The position numbers were made by a program, and so were the translations under genes. From an uncultured Gemmatimonadales bacterium (GTDB lineage Bacteria > Gemmatimonadota > Gemmatimonadetes > Gemmatimonadales > GWC2-71-9), in assembly GCA_963844035.1 (NCBI GenBank), contig CAWJMT010000006.1:1-63424 (forward strand): a DNA stretch of 63,424 nt, written 5' to 3'. This document shows positions 48,625-60,190 of the stretch, piece by piece; position 1 is the stretch's first letter; the number at the start of each line of letters is the position of its first letter. A model generated the notes under the pieces. It worked only from the letters and a program-made list of their open reading frames with translations. It was not told where the DNA came from and searched no databases.

Positions 48625-49922
48625 TGGCAACCGCAGTCCAGGCGCCCGCGGGCGCCGCCGAGCCCGTCTTGGCCGCACCCACGTCCGCCGCGTGCCGCGC
48701 CTGCGGCACGCCGCTGCAACACAGCTTCGTGGACCTCGGCATGTCGCCGCTGTGCGAGAGTTACCTGCGCGCCGACCAGCTCAACGGGATGGAGCCGTTC
48801 TATCCGCTCCACGTCTACGTCTGCGAGCGCTGCTTCCTCGTGCAGCTCCAGGAGTACGTGAGTCGCGAGGCGATCTTCAGCGAGTACGCCTACTTCTCGT
48901 CCTACTCCGACAGCTGGCTCGCCCACGCGCGCGCGCTACACGGACCGGATGATCGAAGAGCTGCGGCTTGACGTCCGCGAGCCGGGTCGTCGAGCTGGCG
49001 AGCAACGACGGCTACCTGCTCCAGTACTTCGTGCAGCGCGGCATCCCCGCGCTCGGCATCGAGCCCGCGGCGAACGTCGCGGCCGTTGCGGTCGAGAAGG
49101 GCGTGCCGACGCTCGTCGAGTTCTTCGGGCGGGAGACCGCCTCGAAGCTCGTCCGGCGGGGAGAGCAGGCCGACCTGTTGATCGGCAACAACGTCCTGGC
49201 CCAGGTGCCCGACCTCAACGACTTCGTGGCCGGGATGAAGATCGCTGCTCGCGCCGCGCGGGGTCATCACGATCGAGTTTCCGCATCTCATGCGGCTCGT
49301 CGAGGACAACCAGTTCGACACGATCTACCACGAGCACTTCTCGTATTTCTCCTGCTACTCCGTCGAGCAGATCTTCGCGGCGCACGGGTTGAGCGTCTTC
49401 GACGTGGACGAGCTGACGACGCACGGCGGCTCGCTGCGGATCTTCGCCTGCCACGCCGAGGACCCGATGCGGCCGGTCACGCCCCGGGTCGACGGGCTGC
49501 GCGCCCGCGAGCGCGAAGCCGGCCTCGACACGCCTCGACGTACTACGCTCAGTTCGGCGAGCGCGTGCGAGAGACCAAGCGGAAGCTGCTCGAGTTCCTG
49601 ATCGACGCGAAGCGCGCGGGGAAGACCGTCGTCGGCTACGGCGCGCCCGGGCAAGGGCAACACCCTGCTCAACTACTGCGGCATCCGGACGGACTTCCTC
49701 GACTACACGGTCGACCGCAACCCCTACAAGCACGGCCGGTACCTGCCCGGCACGCACATCCCGATCTACGCACCGGAGCGGATCGCGCGAGACCAGGCCG
49801 GACTACGTCTTGATTCTGCCGTGGAACCTGCAAGGACGAGATCATGAGCCAGCTGGCCTACATCCGCGAATGGGGCGGGCAGTTCGTCGTGCCGATTCCC
49901 GGAAGTTCACGTCAGCCCCTGA
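48624..49922 (+). CDS. NDP-hexose C-methyltransferase-like protein; several frameshifts
   Basis: CRAC..CERC Zn motifs, YAYFSSYS, ELASNDGYLL, FDTIYHEH, THGGSLR, GYGAPG, ILPWN. Confidence 0.88.
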
Positions 49923-49932
49923 GGCGATTCGC

Positions 49933-50483
49933 ATGATCTTCACGGAGACCGCCCTCGCCGGCGCCTACGTCATCGAGCCCGAGCGGCTCGAGGACGACCG
50001 GGGCTTCTTCGCCCGGACGTGGTGCGAGCGGGAGTTCGTGGCGCACGGGCTCGAAACGCGCATCGTGCAGTGCAGCATCTCGCTCAACCGGCGCGGCGGC
50101 ACGCTGCGGGGCATGCACTACCAGGCAGCGCCCCACGAGGAGGTCAAGCTCGTGCGCTGCACGCGCGGGGCGATCTACGACGTGATCATCGACCTGCGGC
50201 TGGAGTCGCCCACATTCGGCCAGCACGTCGCGGTCGAGCTGACCGCCGACAACCAGTGCTCGCTGTACATCCCGCAGGGGTTCGCGCACGGATTTCAGAC
50301 GCTGGAAGACGGGACCGAGGTCCTCTACCAGATGTCCGAGTTCTACGCGCCCGGGCTCGGCCCGCGGCGTTCGCTGGAACGACCCCGCGTTCGGCATCCG
50401 CTGGCCCGCTCGCCGACCCGATCATGCTGAATCGCGATCGGAACTACCCGGACTTCCGCCGGGCGGACCTGGTCGCGCTGTGA
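49933..50483 (+). CDS. rfbC: dTDP-4-dehydrorhamnose 3,5-epimerase family
   Basis: DDRGFFAR, GTLRGMHYQ, KLVRCTRGAIYDVIIDLR, GFAHGFQTL, RWNDP. Confidence 0.88.
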
Positions 50484-51798
50484 CCGCGTCGCTCCGTCGC
50501 TGCCCCGGCGGTCACCCTCGGCGAGCAGATGCACGGGCTGATCGCCGAGCTCTATCCCATCTGCCGCAGCATCACCGGCGATGGCGTACGCGAGACCCTG
50601 CGCCGGCTGCAGGACGACATTCCGCTCGAGATCCACGAGGTCCCGACCGGCACGCGCGTGTTCGACTGGACGGTCCCGAAGGAGTGGAACATCCGCGACG
50701 CGTACGTCCGGAACTCGCGCGGCGAGCGCGTCGTCGACTTCCAGCAGTCCAACCTCCACGTCGTGAACTACAGCGTGCCCGTGCGAGCGCACGCTGACGC
50801 TCGCGGAGCTGAGGCCGCATCTCCACAGCCTGCCGGACCATCCCGACTGGATCCCGTATCGGACGACGTACTACCAGGAGAACTGGGGCTTCTGCCTGAC
50901 GCACCGCCAGCTCGCCGAGCTGCCGGACGACACCTACGACGTCGTGTATCGACTCGACGCCTCGCGCCGGGTCACCTGACCTACGGGGAGTGCTACCTGC
51001 CCGGGCGAGCGGCGGACGAGATCCTGATCTCCTGCCACGCCTGCCATCCGTCGCTGGCCAACGACAACCTGTCGGGCGTCGCGGTGGCGGTCGCGCTCGC
51101 GCGGCACCTCGGCACGGCGCCACGGCGCTACTCGTACCGCTTCCTGTTCATTCCCGGCACGATCGGCTCGATCACGTGGCTCGCCCTGCACGAGGCCGAG
51201 GCAGCGCGGATCCGCCACGGTCTCGTGCTCACGTGCGTCGGCGACCCCGGCACGCCCACGTACAAGCGGAGCCGCCGCGGCGACACGCTCGTCGACCGCG
51301 CCGCGCAGCACGTGCTCGAGCGCGCGGGCGGCGAGCACGAGCTGCTCGACTTCTCCCCGTACGGCTACGACGAGCGCCAGTACTGCTCGCCGGGGTTCGA
51401 TCTCGCCGTCGGCTGCTTCATGCGGACCCCGCACGGCCGGTACCCGGAGTACCACACCTCCGGCGACGATCTCGCCTTCGTCTCGCCCGAGAGCCTCGCG
51501 GACACGTTCGCCAAGGTGCGTGACGATCCTGGAGGTCGTCGAGCAGGACGCGCGCTATGTCAATCAGAACCCCAAGTGCGAGCCGCAGCTCGGGAAGCGC
51601 GGGCTGTACACCGCCGTGCGGGGCGGTGCCCTGCCCGACTACGAGTTCGCGCTGCTGTGGGTGCTCAATCTGTCCGACGGGCGCCACAGCCTGCTGGACA
51701 TCGCGGAACGGTCGCACATGCCCTTCGGCGCGGTCCGGCAGGCCGCCGAGGCATTGGTGGCACATGGCTTGCTTCGGCCGGAGCACACCGGCGCATGA
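50480..51798 (+). CDS. DUF4910-like aminopeptidase-fold protein with C-terminal HTH, frameshifted
   Basis: YPICRSITGDG, DWTVPKEWN, CHPSLANDNLSG, GYDERQYCSPG, YPEYHTSGD, CEPQLGKRGLY. Confidence 0.85.
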
Positions 51799-52580
51799 CC
51801 ACACTGCGGGTGGGGGTCGTGCAGATGGAGATCGCCGACGGGCTGGCCCAGCGCAACCTCGATCGCGCCGTCGCGCTGATTCACGCTGCGCCGCATGCCG
51901 ACCTGTACCTGCTGCCCGAGCTGTGGTCGACCGGATATGCGCACGCCGCGTGGCGCCGCAGCGCGGAGACGGAGACACCCGCCCTGGGCGAGGCGCTGCA
52001 GCGCTTGAGCACCGAGCGGGGCGCCCGCATCGCCGGGAGCATGATCTCCCTCGACGAGCAGGGGCGGCTGACGAATCGCCTGTGGCTGTTTGCACCCGAT
52101 GGTCGCGCGCCCGCGACCTACGACAAGGGGCACCTGTTTTCGCCGCTCCAGGAAGACCGCTACCTCGCCGCGGGAACGCGCCGGGTGCGGGTCGACATCG
52201 ACGGCTGGACGGCGGCGCTGAGCATCTGTTTCGACCTCCGCTTCCCCGAGATGTACCGCGGGGATGCACTCGACGGAGCGAACCTGTTTCTCGTGGTGGC
52301 GGAATGGCCCGCCGCGCGGTCCAGCGCGCTCCGCGTGCTCGCACGGGCTCGCGCGATCGAGAACCACGCGTTTCTGGCGCTGTGCAACCGCTGCGGGGTC
52401 GCCGCCGACGGGATGGCATTTGGCGGCGGATCGGCGCTGTTCGCACCCGACGGCTCGGTGGTCGCGGACGCCGGTGCGCACGAGCAAGTCCTCGTCGGCA
52501 CGCTGGATCCGCAGGCCGTCGCTGCGGCGCGCACCCTGGCCCCTGTGCTCGAGCTGCGGCGGGCGGGCCTCGACTGGTGA
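51795..52580 (+). CDS. Carbon-nitrogen hydrolase (nitrilase superfamily amidase)
   Basis: E-K-C triad: LPELWSTGY, YDKGHLF, ICFDLRFPE; ARAIEN. Confidence 0.9.
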   Translation: MTTLRVGVVQMEIADGLAQRNLDRAVALIHAAPHADLYLLPELWSTGYAHAAWRRSAETETPALGEALQRLSTERGARIAGSMISLDEQGRLTNRLWLFAPDGRAPATYDKGHLFSPLQEDRYLAAGTRRVRVDIDGWTAALSICFDLRFPEMYRGDALDGANLFLVVAEWPAARSSALRVLARARAIENHAFLALCNRCGVAADGMAFGGGSALFAPDGSVVADAGAHEQVLVGTLDPQAVAAARTLAPVLELRRAGLDW

Positions 52581-52605
52581 ACCCGACTCGACCGGAGGTA
52601 GCGAC

Positions 52606-53689
52606 GTGAAGGTCTTGGTGACAGGTCACAACGGCTACATCGGCTCCGTCATGGTCCGCATGGTGCAAGCCGCGGGGCACGACGTCGTCGGATTGGATAC
52701 CTACTTCTTCGAGGACTGCACGCTCGGTCCGCCGACGACCGACGTCCCGGCGCAGCGGCTCGACCTGCGGGACGTCGAGCCGGCGCACCTCGGGGGATTC
52801 GACGCGGTCATCCACCTGGCGGCGCTCTGCAACGATCCGTTGGGCGACCTCGATCCGGAGATCACGTACGACATCAACCACCGCGCCTCGGTCCGCCTCG
52901 CACGGGCCGCCAAGGCCGCGGGGGTACAGCGCTTTCTGTTCGCGTCCTCGTGCAGCCTGTACGGCGTCGCCGGAGAGGACATGCTCGATGAGCAGGCCGC
53001 CTTCAACCCGATCACGGCGTACGGGCGATCGAAGGTGCTGGTGGAGCAGGACGTGGCTCCACTCGCCGACGACCGCTTCACCCCGACGTTCCTGCGCAAC
53101 GCGACGGCGTACGGCGTGTCGCCGCGGCTGCGCGCCGACGTCGTCGTCAACAACCTGGTGGCGGCGGCGCACACGACGGGCGAGATCCTCGTCCAGAGTG
53201 ACGGTACGCCCTGGAGACCGCTCGTCCACGTGGAGGACTTCTGCCGCGCGTTCCTGGCGGTGCTGCACGCCCCGCGGCCGCTCGTGTCCAACGTGGCCTT
53301 CAACGTCGGGCGCAGCGAGGAGAACTACCGGGTCAGCGAGCTCGCCGAGTTCGTGCGGCAGGCAGTCCCCGGCAGCCGCGTGACGTACTCCCCGAATGGG
53401 GCGCCCCGACCCGCGCAGCTACCGGGTCGACTGCTCGAAGATCGCGGCGACGCTGCCGGAGTTTCAGCCGCAGTGGACGGTGCCACGCGGGATCAAGCAG
53501 CTGGTCGAAGCGTACCGCACCAACGGCCTGACGAGCGAAGACTTCGGCGGGAGCCGGTACATGCGCGTGAGACAGATCCAGGGATTGCAGCGAGCAGGGC
53601 GAGTGGACGGCCAGCTGCGCTGGCAGCCCGCCGCGACCGAATCGCTCGGCGGCGCCCTGGCCACCAGTGACACGGGAGCGGCGATATGA
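52606..53689 (+). CDS. NAD-dependent epimerase/dehydratase, frameshift ~53400
   Basis: VTGHNGYIG, HLAALCNDP, ASSCSLYG, YGRSK, RNATAYG, DGTPWRP. Confidence 0.9.
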
Positions 53690-54549
53690 AGGTCGTTCTG
53701 TTCTGCGGGGGTCTCGGCATGCGGCTGCGGGACTACGCCGACAACGTGCCCAAGCCCATGGTGCCGATCGGGTATCGACCGATCATCTGGCATGTGATGA
53801 AGTACTACGCCCACTTCGGGCACAAAGACTTCATTCTGTGCCTCGGCTACCGTGGAGACATGATCAAGCACTACTTCCTCAATTATGAAGAGTGCGTCTC
53901 GAACGATTTCGTCTTGACCGACGGTGGCGCGAAGCGCGAGCTGTTGAACAGCGACATCAGCGACTGGCGCATCACGTTCGTTGAGACCGGCCTGAATTCC
54001 AACATCGGGCAGCGGCTCAAGGCGGTGGAGCCGCACCTGGCCGGCGAGGAGATGTTCCTCGCGAACTACTCGGACGGGCTCTCGGACCTCCCGTTGCCCG
54101 ATCAGATCGAGCATTTCCGGACGCACGACGCGGTGGCGAGCTTCCTGTCCGTCAGGCCGAACCTGAGTTATCACTTCGTGACCACGGACAATGGTGGTCG
54201 GGTCACGAGCTTCCGCGACATCGCGCAATCCGGTCTCCGCGTGAATGGCGGCTTCTTCGCCCTCAAGCAGGACATCTTCCGCTACATGAAGGATGGCGAC
54301 GAGCTGGTGCTGGAGCCCTTCGAACGCCTCGTGCGCGCGAAGCAGCTGCTCGCCTACGATTACGACGGCTTCTGGCTCCCCATGGACACCGCCAAGGACA
54401 AGAAGCGCATTGACGACCTGTACGCGCAGGGGAACCCACCCTGGGAGGTCTGGCGCAGGGATGCCGCAACGCCCCGAACCGACGGCCTCCGGCTTCCCTC
54501 GCGTTCTACTGCATTGCGGCCGTTGGTGCATGCTGCCTCTGACGCTTAA
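53686..54549 (+). CDS. Glucose-1-phosphate cytidylyltransferase-like
   Basis: LFCGGLGMRL, PKPMVPIG, LCLGY, NGGFF, GFWLPMDT. Confidence 0.85.
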   Translation: MKVVLFCGGLGMRLRDYADNVPKPMVPIGYRPIIWHVMKYYAHFGHKDFILCLGYRGDMIKHYFLNYEECVSNDFVLTDGGAKRELLNSDISDWRITFVETGLNSNIGQRLKAVEPHLAGEEMFLANYSDGLSDLPLPDQIEHFRTHDAVASFLSVRPNLSYHFVTTDNGGRVTSFRDIAQSGLRVNGGFFALKQDIFRYMKDGDELVLEPFERLVRAKQLLAYDYDGFWLPMDTAKDKKRIDDLYAQGNPPWEVWRRDAATPRTDGLRLPSRSTALRPLVHAASDA

Positions 54550-55191
54550 CACGCCGGCCGGCCGAGCCACACGGATCTTGTGCCTCGGCGCGCATTCGGA
54601 CGACATCGAAATCGGCTGCGGCGGGACCGCTGTTGCGGCTGCTCGCTGACCGCCCCACGACGGAAGTCCACTGGGTGGTGTTCAGCGCTGCGGGCCCGCG
54701 TGCCAACGAGGCACGCAAGAGCGCGCGGCTGTTTCTCGCCGGCGCCAAGCGGCGGCGCGTGGTGGTGAAGCGGTTCCGCGATGGCTTCTTCCCGTACGAC
54801 GGTGCCAAGATCAAGGACGCCTTCGAGGCGCTGAAGGCCATTCCAGAGCCGGACGTGATCTTCACGCACTACGGGGCCGATCGGCACCAGGATCACCGGG
54901 TGATCTCGGAGCTCACGTGGAACACGTTCCGTAACCACATGATTCTCGAGTACGAAATCCCCAAGTACGATGGGGACCTGGGCTCGCCCAACGTGTTCGT
55001 ACCGCTCGATGAGGCGACCCGGCCGCCGCAAGACGAGCCACCTCTCGTCGGCGTTTGTGTCGCAGCGGGGCAAGCAGTGGTTCTCGGATGACACGTTCGC
55101 TGGGCTGATGCGGCTGCGCGGCGTCGAAGCGTGTGCCCCGAGCGGCTATGCCGAGGCGTTCTACGCGCGCAAGGTCGTGGTCGGCGCATGA
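54530..55191 (+). CDS. PIG-L family deacetylase, frameshifted
   Basis: LGAHSDDIEIGCGG, DRHQDH, YEIPKYDGD, AEAF. Confidence 0.88.
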
Positions 55192-55979
55192 CCGGTCTAC
55201 TCTGCGGGAATTGATCCAGCGTCGCGAGCTCCTCTACATCCTCGTGTGGCGGGAGATCGCGGTGAAGTACAAGCAGTCGGTGATGGGATTCCTCTGGGCG
55301 ATCCTGATGCCCGCGCTGATCGTGATGGCGGGGATCGTCGTCAAATACGCGTTCGCCACCGTGTCCGGCCAGCCGCTCAGCAGCGCCGACATCGCGAATG
55401 TGAGCGTGAAGGCGGTTCCCTGGGCGTTCTTCGTGTCTTCGATCCGGTTCGCCACCAACAGCCTGGTCACCAATCGTGACCTGGTGACCAAGGTGTACCT
55501 GGCCCGGGAAGTCTTTCCGGTCGCCTCGGTGATGGCCCAGTTCGTGGACTTCGCCGTTGCCGCCGCCCTCCTGGCCGTGGTGCTGGTCATCGCCGGAGTG
55601 GGGTTCAGTCGTCCAGCTCATCTGGGTACCGGTCCTCGTGCTCCTGCTTGCCCTGCTCTGCATCGGCCTGGGGATCTTTCTCTCGGCCGCGAGCCTGTTC
55701 TTCCGGGACGTCAAGTACATGGTCGAGGCGGTCATTACGTTCGCCATCTTTTTCACCCCGGTGTTCTTCGACGTGGCCATGCTTCGGCAGGTGGGCGGAC
55801 ATCCTCATGCTGAATCCGGTCGCGCCGATCCTCGAGGGCCTGAGCGCCGCGGTCGTCTATCACCGCGTGCCGCCCGTCGGGTGGGTAGCGTACAGCGCTG
55901 CCGTCGGCCGCGCTGATCTGGTTCCTGGCGAACGCGTTCTTCCGGCAGGATGGAGCCCTATTTCGCGGAGACGATCTAG
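55188..55979 (+). CDS. wzm: ABC-2 polysaccharide transporter permease, frameshifted
   Basis: REIAVKYKQSVMGFLWAIL, KVYLARE, FFRDV, FTPVFF, LNPVA. Confidence 0.85.
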
Positions 55980-55987
55980 GACATCCT

Positions 55988-57214
55988 ATGAGTGACGTCG
56001 TACTCGAGATGGATCACGTCTCCAAGAAGTTCAGGCGGGGAGAGATTCACGATTCCCTGCGTGATCTCATTCCGGCCCTGACCGGCGGCATGTTGCGACG
56101 CAGCCGGCAGGGCCCACCCGACAAGCGGGAATTCTGGGCCCTGGACGACGTGTCGTTCCAGGTCCGCCGGGGAGACGCCTTCGGCATCATCGGACGCAAC
56201 GGCGCCGGCAAGAGCACGATCCTCAAGCTGCTCAGCGGCATCATGAAGCCCACGAAGGGCGCGCTCCGCGTCAAGGGCTCGCTCTCGGCTCTGATCGAGG
56301 TGAGCGCCGGGTTTCATCCGGACCTGACCGGTCGGGAGAACATCTTCTTGAGCGGCGCCATCCTCGGCATGTCGCGCGAGGCGATCCGCGCGAAGTTCGA
56401 CGAAATCGTGGAGTTCTCGGGACTCGCTGAGTTCATCGACACGCCGGTCAAACGCTACTCGTCAGGGATGTTCGCGCGCTTGGGGTTTTCCGTCGCGGCG
56501 CACGTCGAGCCGGATGTGCTGATCATCGACGAGGTCCTGAGCGTGGGCGACTACCTCTTCCAGCAGAAGTGCGTCGAGCGCATGCATACCGTCCTGGCGA
56601 ATGGCGCGACGATCGTGTTCGTGTCCCACAATCTGCGGGCCGTGTCCGACCTGTGTACCCGCAGCCTGTTGCTCAATCGCGGTCGCGCGGTGATCGATCG
56701 GGCCGACCAACGACGTCATGCAGCGCTACCTGAACGGCAGCGACGGCCCCCGGCGGCCCGCCGACCGACCAGGAAGCGTTCGTGGCTCGCACTACGGTTC
56801 GGGATGAGACCGGCGAGGGCTTTGAACTTCGAGTCCGGGACAGAAGGTCTGGGTGGACGTGGAAGTCGCCGCCCGCGTTCCGTGCCGCGGCCTGGCGGTC
56901 GTGCTCGAGTTCAGGGACGAGAACCACTACGAAGTGTTCAACACCTCGACGGAGCGTCTCGGGCATCCTGCCTTCGCGATGGAGGCGGGGGAAACGGTCC
57001 ACTGCAGCTTTCGAGCTGGACCTGCACCTGGCGCCCGGGCACCTTCAACCTGGGAGTGTCGGTATACCGGTACGACATCGCGAAGGCATACGATCGCGTG
57101 TGCCCCGCCGCGACCATCTTCGTCACCTGCGACCGCGACGTCCGCGGCGCCGTGAACCTCTACCCCACCGCGGTGGTGCACGCGGACGCGACCGGCGACT
57201 CGCCCCGGCTGTAA
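55988..57214 (+). CDS. wzt: ABC polysaccharide transporter ATPase with C-terminal Wzt-C domain, frameshifted
   Basis: FWALDDVSF, GRNGAGKST, TGREN, YSSGMFARL, IIDEVLSVGD, VSH. Confidence 0.9.
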   Translation: MSDVVLEMDHVSKKFRRGEIHDSLRDLIPALTGGMLRRSRQGPPDKREFWALDDVSFQVRRGDAFGIIGRNGAGKSTILKLLSGIMKPTKGALRVKGSLSALIEVSAGFHPDLTGRENIFLSGAILGMSREAIRAKFDEIVEFSGLAEFIDTPVKRYSSGMFARLGFSVAAHVEPDVLIIDEVLSVGDYLFQQKCVERMHTVLANGATIVFVSHNLRAVSDLCTRSLLLNRGRAVIDRADQRRHAALPERQRRPPAARRPTRKRSWLALRFGMRPARALNFESGTEGLGGRGSRRPRSVPRPGGRARVQGREPLRSVQHLDGASRASCLRDGGGGNGPLQLSSWTCTWRPGTFNLGVSVYRYDIAKAYDRVCPAATIFVTCDRDVRGAVNLYPTAVVHADATGDSPRL

Positions 57215-57260
57215 CACGCCTGCCACACTTCCAGGGAATGCCTGACGCAGGATAGCCGCA
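57210..57260. promoter_or_regulatory. Tandem putative activator sites, 33 bp apart
   Basis: TGTAACACGCCTGCCACA (57210-57227) and weaker TGACGCAGGATAGCCGCA (57243-57260). Confidence 0.5.
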
Positions 57261-57276
57261 CCACGGCCCCGCTTGC

Positions 57277-57292
57277 GGGCATGGACCTTGCC
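57277..57292 (+). promoter_or_regulatory. Putative sigma54 -24/-12 promoter of the Big_2 lipoprotein genes
   Basis: GGGCATGGACCTTGCC (GG-N10-GC with TTGC). Confidence 0.6.
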
Positions 57293-57358
57293 CCCCCGTG
57301 TGGACAACTCAAGTGGACAGTCGGTCTCGAACATCCCACAGGGCAAGGAGTTGTCGTT

Positions 57359-58021
57359 ATGGAACGCGGACGCCTGATCTCCAAAGTCCTCACCGTCGCA
57401 TGCCTGATGGCGCTAGTCTCCTGCGGCGACCAGAGTACGGTCAGTCCGCCGCCCCCCGGCACGACGGCCACGCTCAGCGTCACTGCCGACCTGTCGGGCA
57501 CACTGGTGGCGACCGTGGTGGTGGACGTGTCGGCGGCCGACATACCGACGGCCCTGGTTTTCAACATTCCCATCGTAAACGGTGTCGCCTCCGGCACCTT
57601 CACCATCCCGGCCGGCTCGAATCGGACCATCGTGATTCGAGGCTTTGATGCCGGAGGGGTGCAGACACACACCGGGACGGTTACCACCACCGTTCAGGCG
57701 GGCAACAATGCCAGCCTGTCGCTGGTCCTGACGCCCCTGACCGGCGATCTGCCGATCACCGCGACCCTCGGGCACTACGTCGTCACCGTGACCCCGGCCT
57801 CACCCAGCTTGTTGGTGAACGGCACGGTGCAGCTCACGGGGACGATCAAGGATTCCAATAACCAGCCGGTGGTAGGGGTCGTCTCCTGGGCCACGAAGAA
57901 TCCCGGTGTGGCGATCGTCGATGCCGCGGGGCTCGTAACCGCTACCGGTGCCGGTACCACCAGCATCACGGCGGTTTACCAGGGCGTTGCGGGTACCGCT
58001 ACCGTCACCGTCACCCCGTAG
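57359..58021 (+). CDS. Lipoprotein with an N-terminal beta domain and a Big_2 domain
   Basis: AAGGAG RBS; lipobox LVSC; VTVTP...TVQLT...VSWATKNPGVAIVDAAGLVTA. Confidence 0.8.
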   Translation: MERGRLISKVLTVACLMALVSCGDQSTVSPPPPGTTATLSVTADLSGTLVATVVVDVSAADIPTALVFNIPIVNGVASGTFTIPAGSNRTIVIRGFDAGGVQTHTGTVTTTVQAGNNASLSLVLTPLTGDLPITATLGHYVVTVTPASPSLLVNGTVQLTGTIKDSNNQPVVGVVSWATKNPGVAIVDAAGLVTATGAGTTSITAVYQGVAGTATVTVTP

Positions 58022-58032
58022 GGTGGAGCGCC

Positions 58033-59948
58033 ATGCGCCGAGGGTTCGCCGGGGCGCTCGTGGCCCTGCTCGCGCTGAGCGCGTGCGTGGACCACGAGAC
58101 CGCGGGGCCCGACATCAACGCGGGACGCGCGGTGCTGTCGATACGGGCGAACGTCGCCGGTACCGCCGTCGCGATGGTGGTGGTCGAGGTCACGGCACCC
58201 GACATCGCGACGCCGGTCGTCACGAACATCGCGACGGTCGGAGGTGTCGCCGACGGCGCCATCAGTGTCCCCGCGGGCTCGAATCGCACCATTACGCTGC
58301 GCGCCTATGATGCGGGCGGCGTGCAGACGCACACCGGATCAGCCACCCTCAACGTCCAGGCCGGGACGAACCCGGCCATCTCCATCGTGCTGGCGCCCCT
58401 CGCGGGGAGTGTGCCGATCACCGTGACGCTGGGAAGCTTCAAGGTGACGGTGACGCCGGCCACGGCCACGCTGGCGGCCGGAGACACGCTGCACCTCACC
58501 GCGACGGTGCTCGACGCCACCAACAACCCGGTCGCGGATCAGGTCACGTGGGCCACACTCGGGGCGAGCGTGGCCACGGTCGTCAGCACGGGACCGCAAA
58601 CGGCCCGCGTCACCGGCAGTGGGATCGGGACAGATCACGGTGGTCGCCGTGTATGGCGGAATCGCCGGGTCGGCGACGATCACCGTCCACACGACCGGCG
58701 GCACTGTACCCGGTCCACGTGGAAGCGGGCAAGCGCTACCTGATCGACGCCCACGGGAATCCGTTCTTGATGCAGGGCGATGCCGCCTGGTCCCTGATCG
58801 TGCAGCTGACCAACGAGCAGGCCGAGCAGTACCTCGAGGATCGGCGGCAGAAGGGGTTCAACACGGTGCTCGTGAACCTGATCGAGCACGAGTATTCCGC
58901 CAATCCCCCGAAGAATGTCTACGGCGACGCGCCCTTCCTCACGCCGGGCGACTTCTCGACACCCAATGAGGCGTACTTCGCCCACGCCGCATACGTGATC
59001 AATCTGGCGGCCCAGAAGGGCATGCTGGTCCTGCTCACCCCCGCCTACATGGGCGGCGGCGGAGGGTCCGAGGGCTGGTATCAGGAGATGGTGGCCAACG
59101 GGACGACGAAGCTGAGCAACTACGGGACCTACCTGGCCAATCGGTTCCGGTTCTACGACAACATCGTCTGGGTCGAGGGCGGCGACTACGACCCACCCGA
59201 CCTCAACCTGCTGCGCGCGATTCCCAACGCGATCCGCGCGGTGGAGCCCGAAGTGGCTGCACACCTTCCACGGGTCCCGAGGCACCTCGGCCCTGGGCTT
59301 CGCTGGGTCGCGGTGGAGCCCTGGCTGCAGCTCAACGACATCTACACGGACAGGACAGACGTCATCGCCAACGCCTTCCAGGAATACGGGCGCTCGACGA
59401 TGCCCTTCTTCCTGATCGAGGCCATCTACGAGAATGAGAATGGCGCCGGCGAGTGGACGGTGCGGCAGCAGGCCTATCAGACGGTGCTGTCAGGGGGCAC
59501 GGGGCACGATCATGGGCAATCGCCCGATCTGGCTCTTCGACACCGGCTGGCAGCTGGCACTCGATAGCCCCGGCGCGCAAGCATCGCTCGCGCACCTCCC
59601 GGCGCTCCTGGCTGGCCGCGCCTGGTGGACGATGGTGCCGGACACCAATCACACCGTGCTCACCGCCGGCGTCGGCACCGGAGCCGACGAGGCCGCGACC
59701 GCCCGGGCTAGCAACGGCTCGTTCGTCCTGGCGTACTTGCCCAGCGCGCGCGCTGTGACGATCAACATGGCACAGCTCAGCGGCCCCAACGTGGTCGCCC
59801 GCTGGTACGATCCCACCAACGGCGACCTACACGCCTGTCGCCGGCTCGCCCTTCGCGGCGAGCGGGTCCAGCAGTCTTCCCATCGGCCGGAGCGAACAGC
59901 AACGGGGACGACTATGACTGGGTGCTGGTGCTGGAGTCCTCGCCCTAA
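58033..59948 (+). CDS. Lipoprotein: Big_2 + DUF4038 (apiosidase/GH140-like) + collagen-binding-like C-terminus, frameshifted
   Basis: Lipobox LSAC; RYLIDAHGNPFLMQGDAAWSL, YLEDRRQKGFN, PNEAYF, IVWVEGGD, FFLIEAIYE, ARWYDP, DWVLVLE. Confidence 0.78.
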
Positions 59949-60003
59949 CCCGGGAGGCAGTCAACTCCATATTGCTCAAGTACTTCTCCATTGCCATGGC
60001 CGC

Positions 60004-60046
60004 CGTGTTATGGGTCACCGACCCAAATCCACACCGCGGCCATCTT
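60004..60046 (+). promoter_or_regulatory. CRP/FNR-like box plus -10-like CATCTT (class II geometry)
   Basis: CGTGT-TATGGG-TCACC at 60004-60019; CATCTT at 60041-60046; block conserved at 62419-62462. Confidence 0.45.
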
Positions 60047-60059
60047 TGCACCCAGAGCA

Positions 60060-60151
60060 CGCTGCCTCAGAGCATAGCCGCCGAAAGGCGGTGACGCAGA
60101 GCCACGGGGCTACCGCGAGCCACGCTCGCCATGTCCGCCGGGCCGCCAGCG
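60060..60151 (+). ncRNA. GEMM-I (c-di-GMP-I class) riboswitch aptamer, A20 variant
   Basis: P1 CGCTG/CAGCG; P2 GCCGCC-GAAA-GGCGGT; GACGCAGAGC junction; P3 with CTAC...CATG receptor-like motif; ends GCCGGGCCGCC; 5' of a Big_2 gene. Confidence 0.85.
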
Positions 60152-60190
60152 ATCGACGAAGCTCAACCCACGTCGAATGGTGGCCTGACG

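Noticed and set aside
50529..52580. Apparent DUF4910-nitrilase fusion ORF
   Set aside because: The DUF4910 C-terminus is in another frame ending at an ATGA overlap (51795-51798); two genes.
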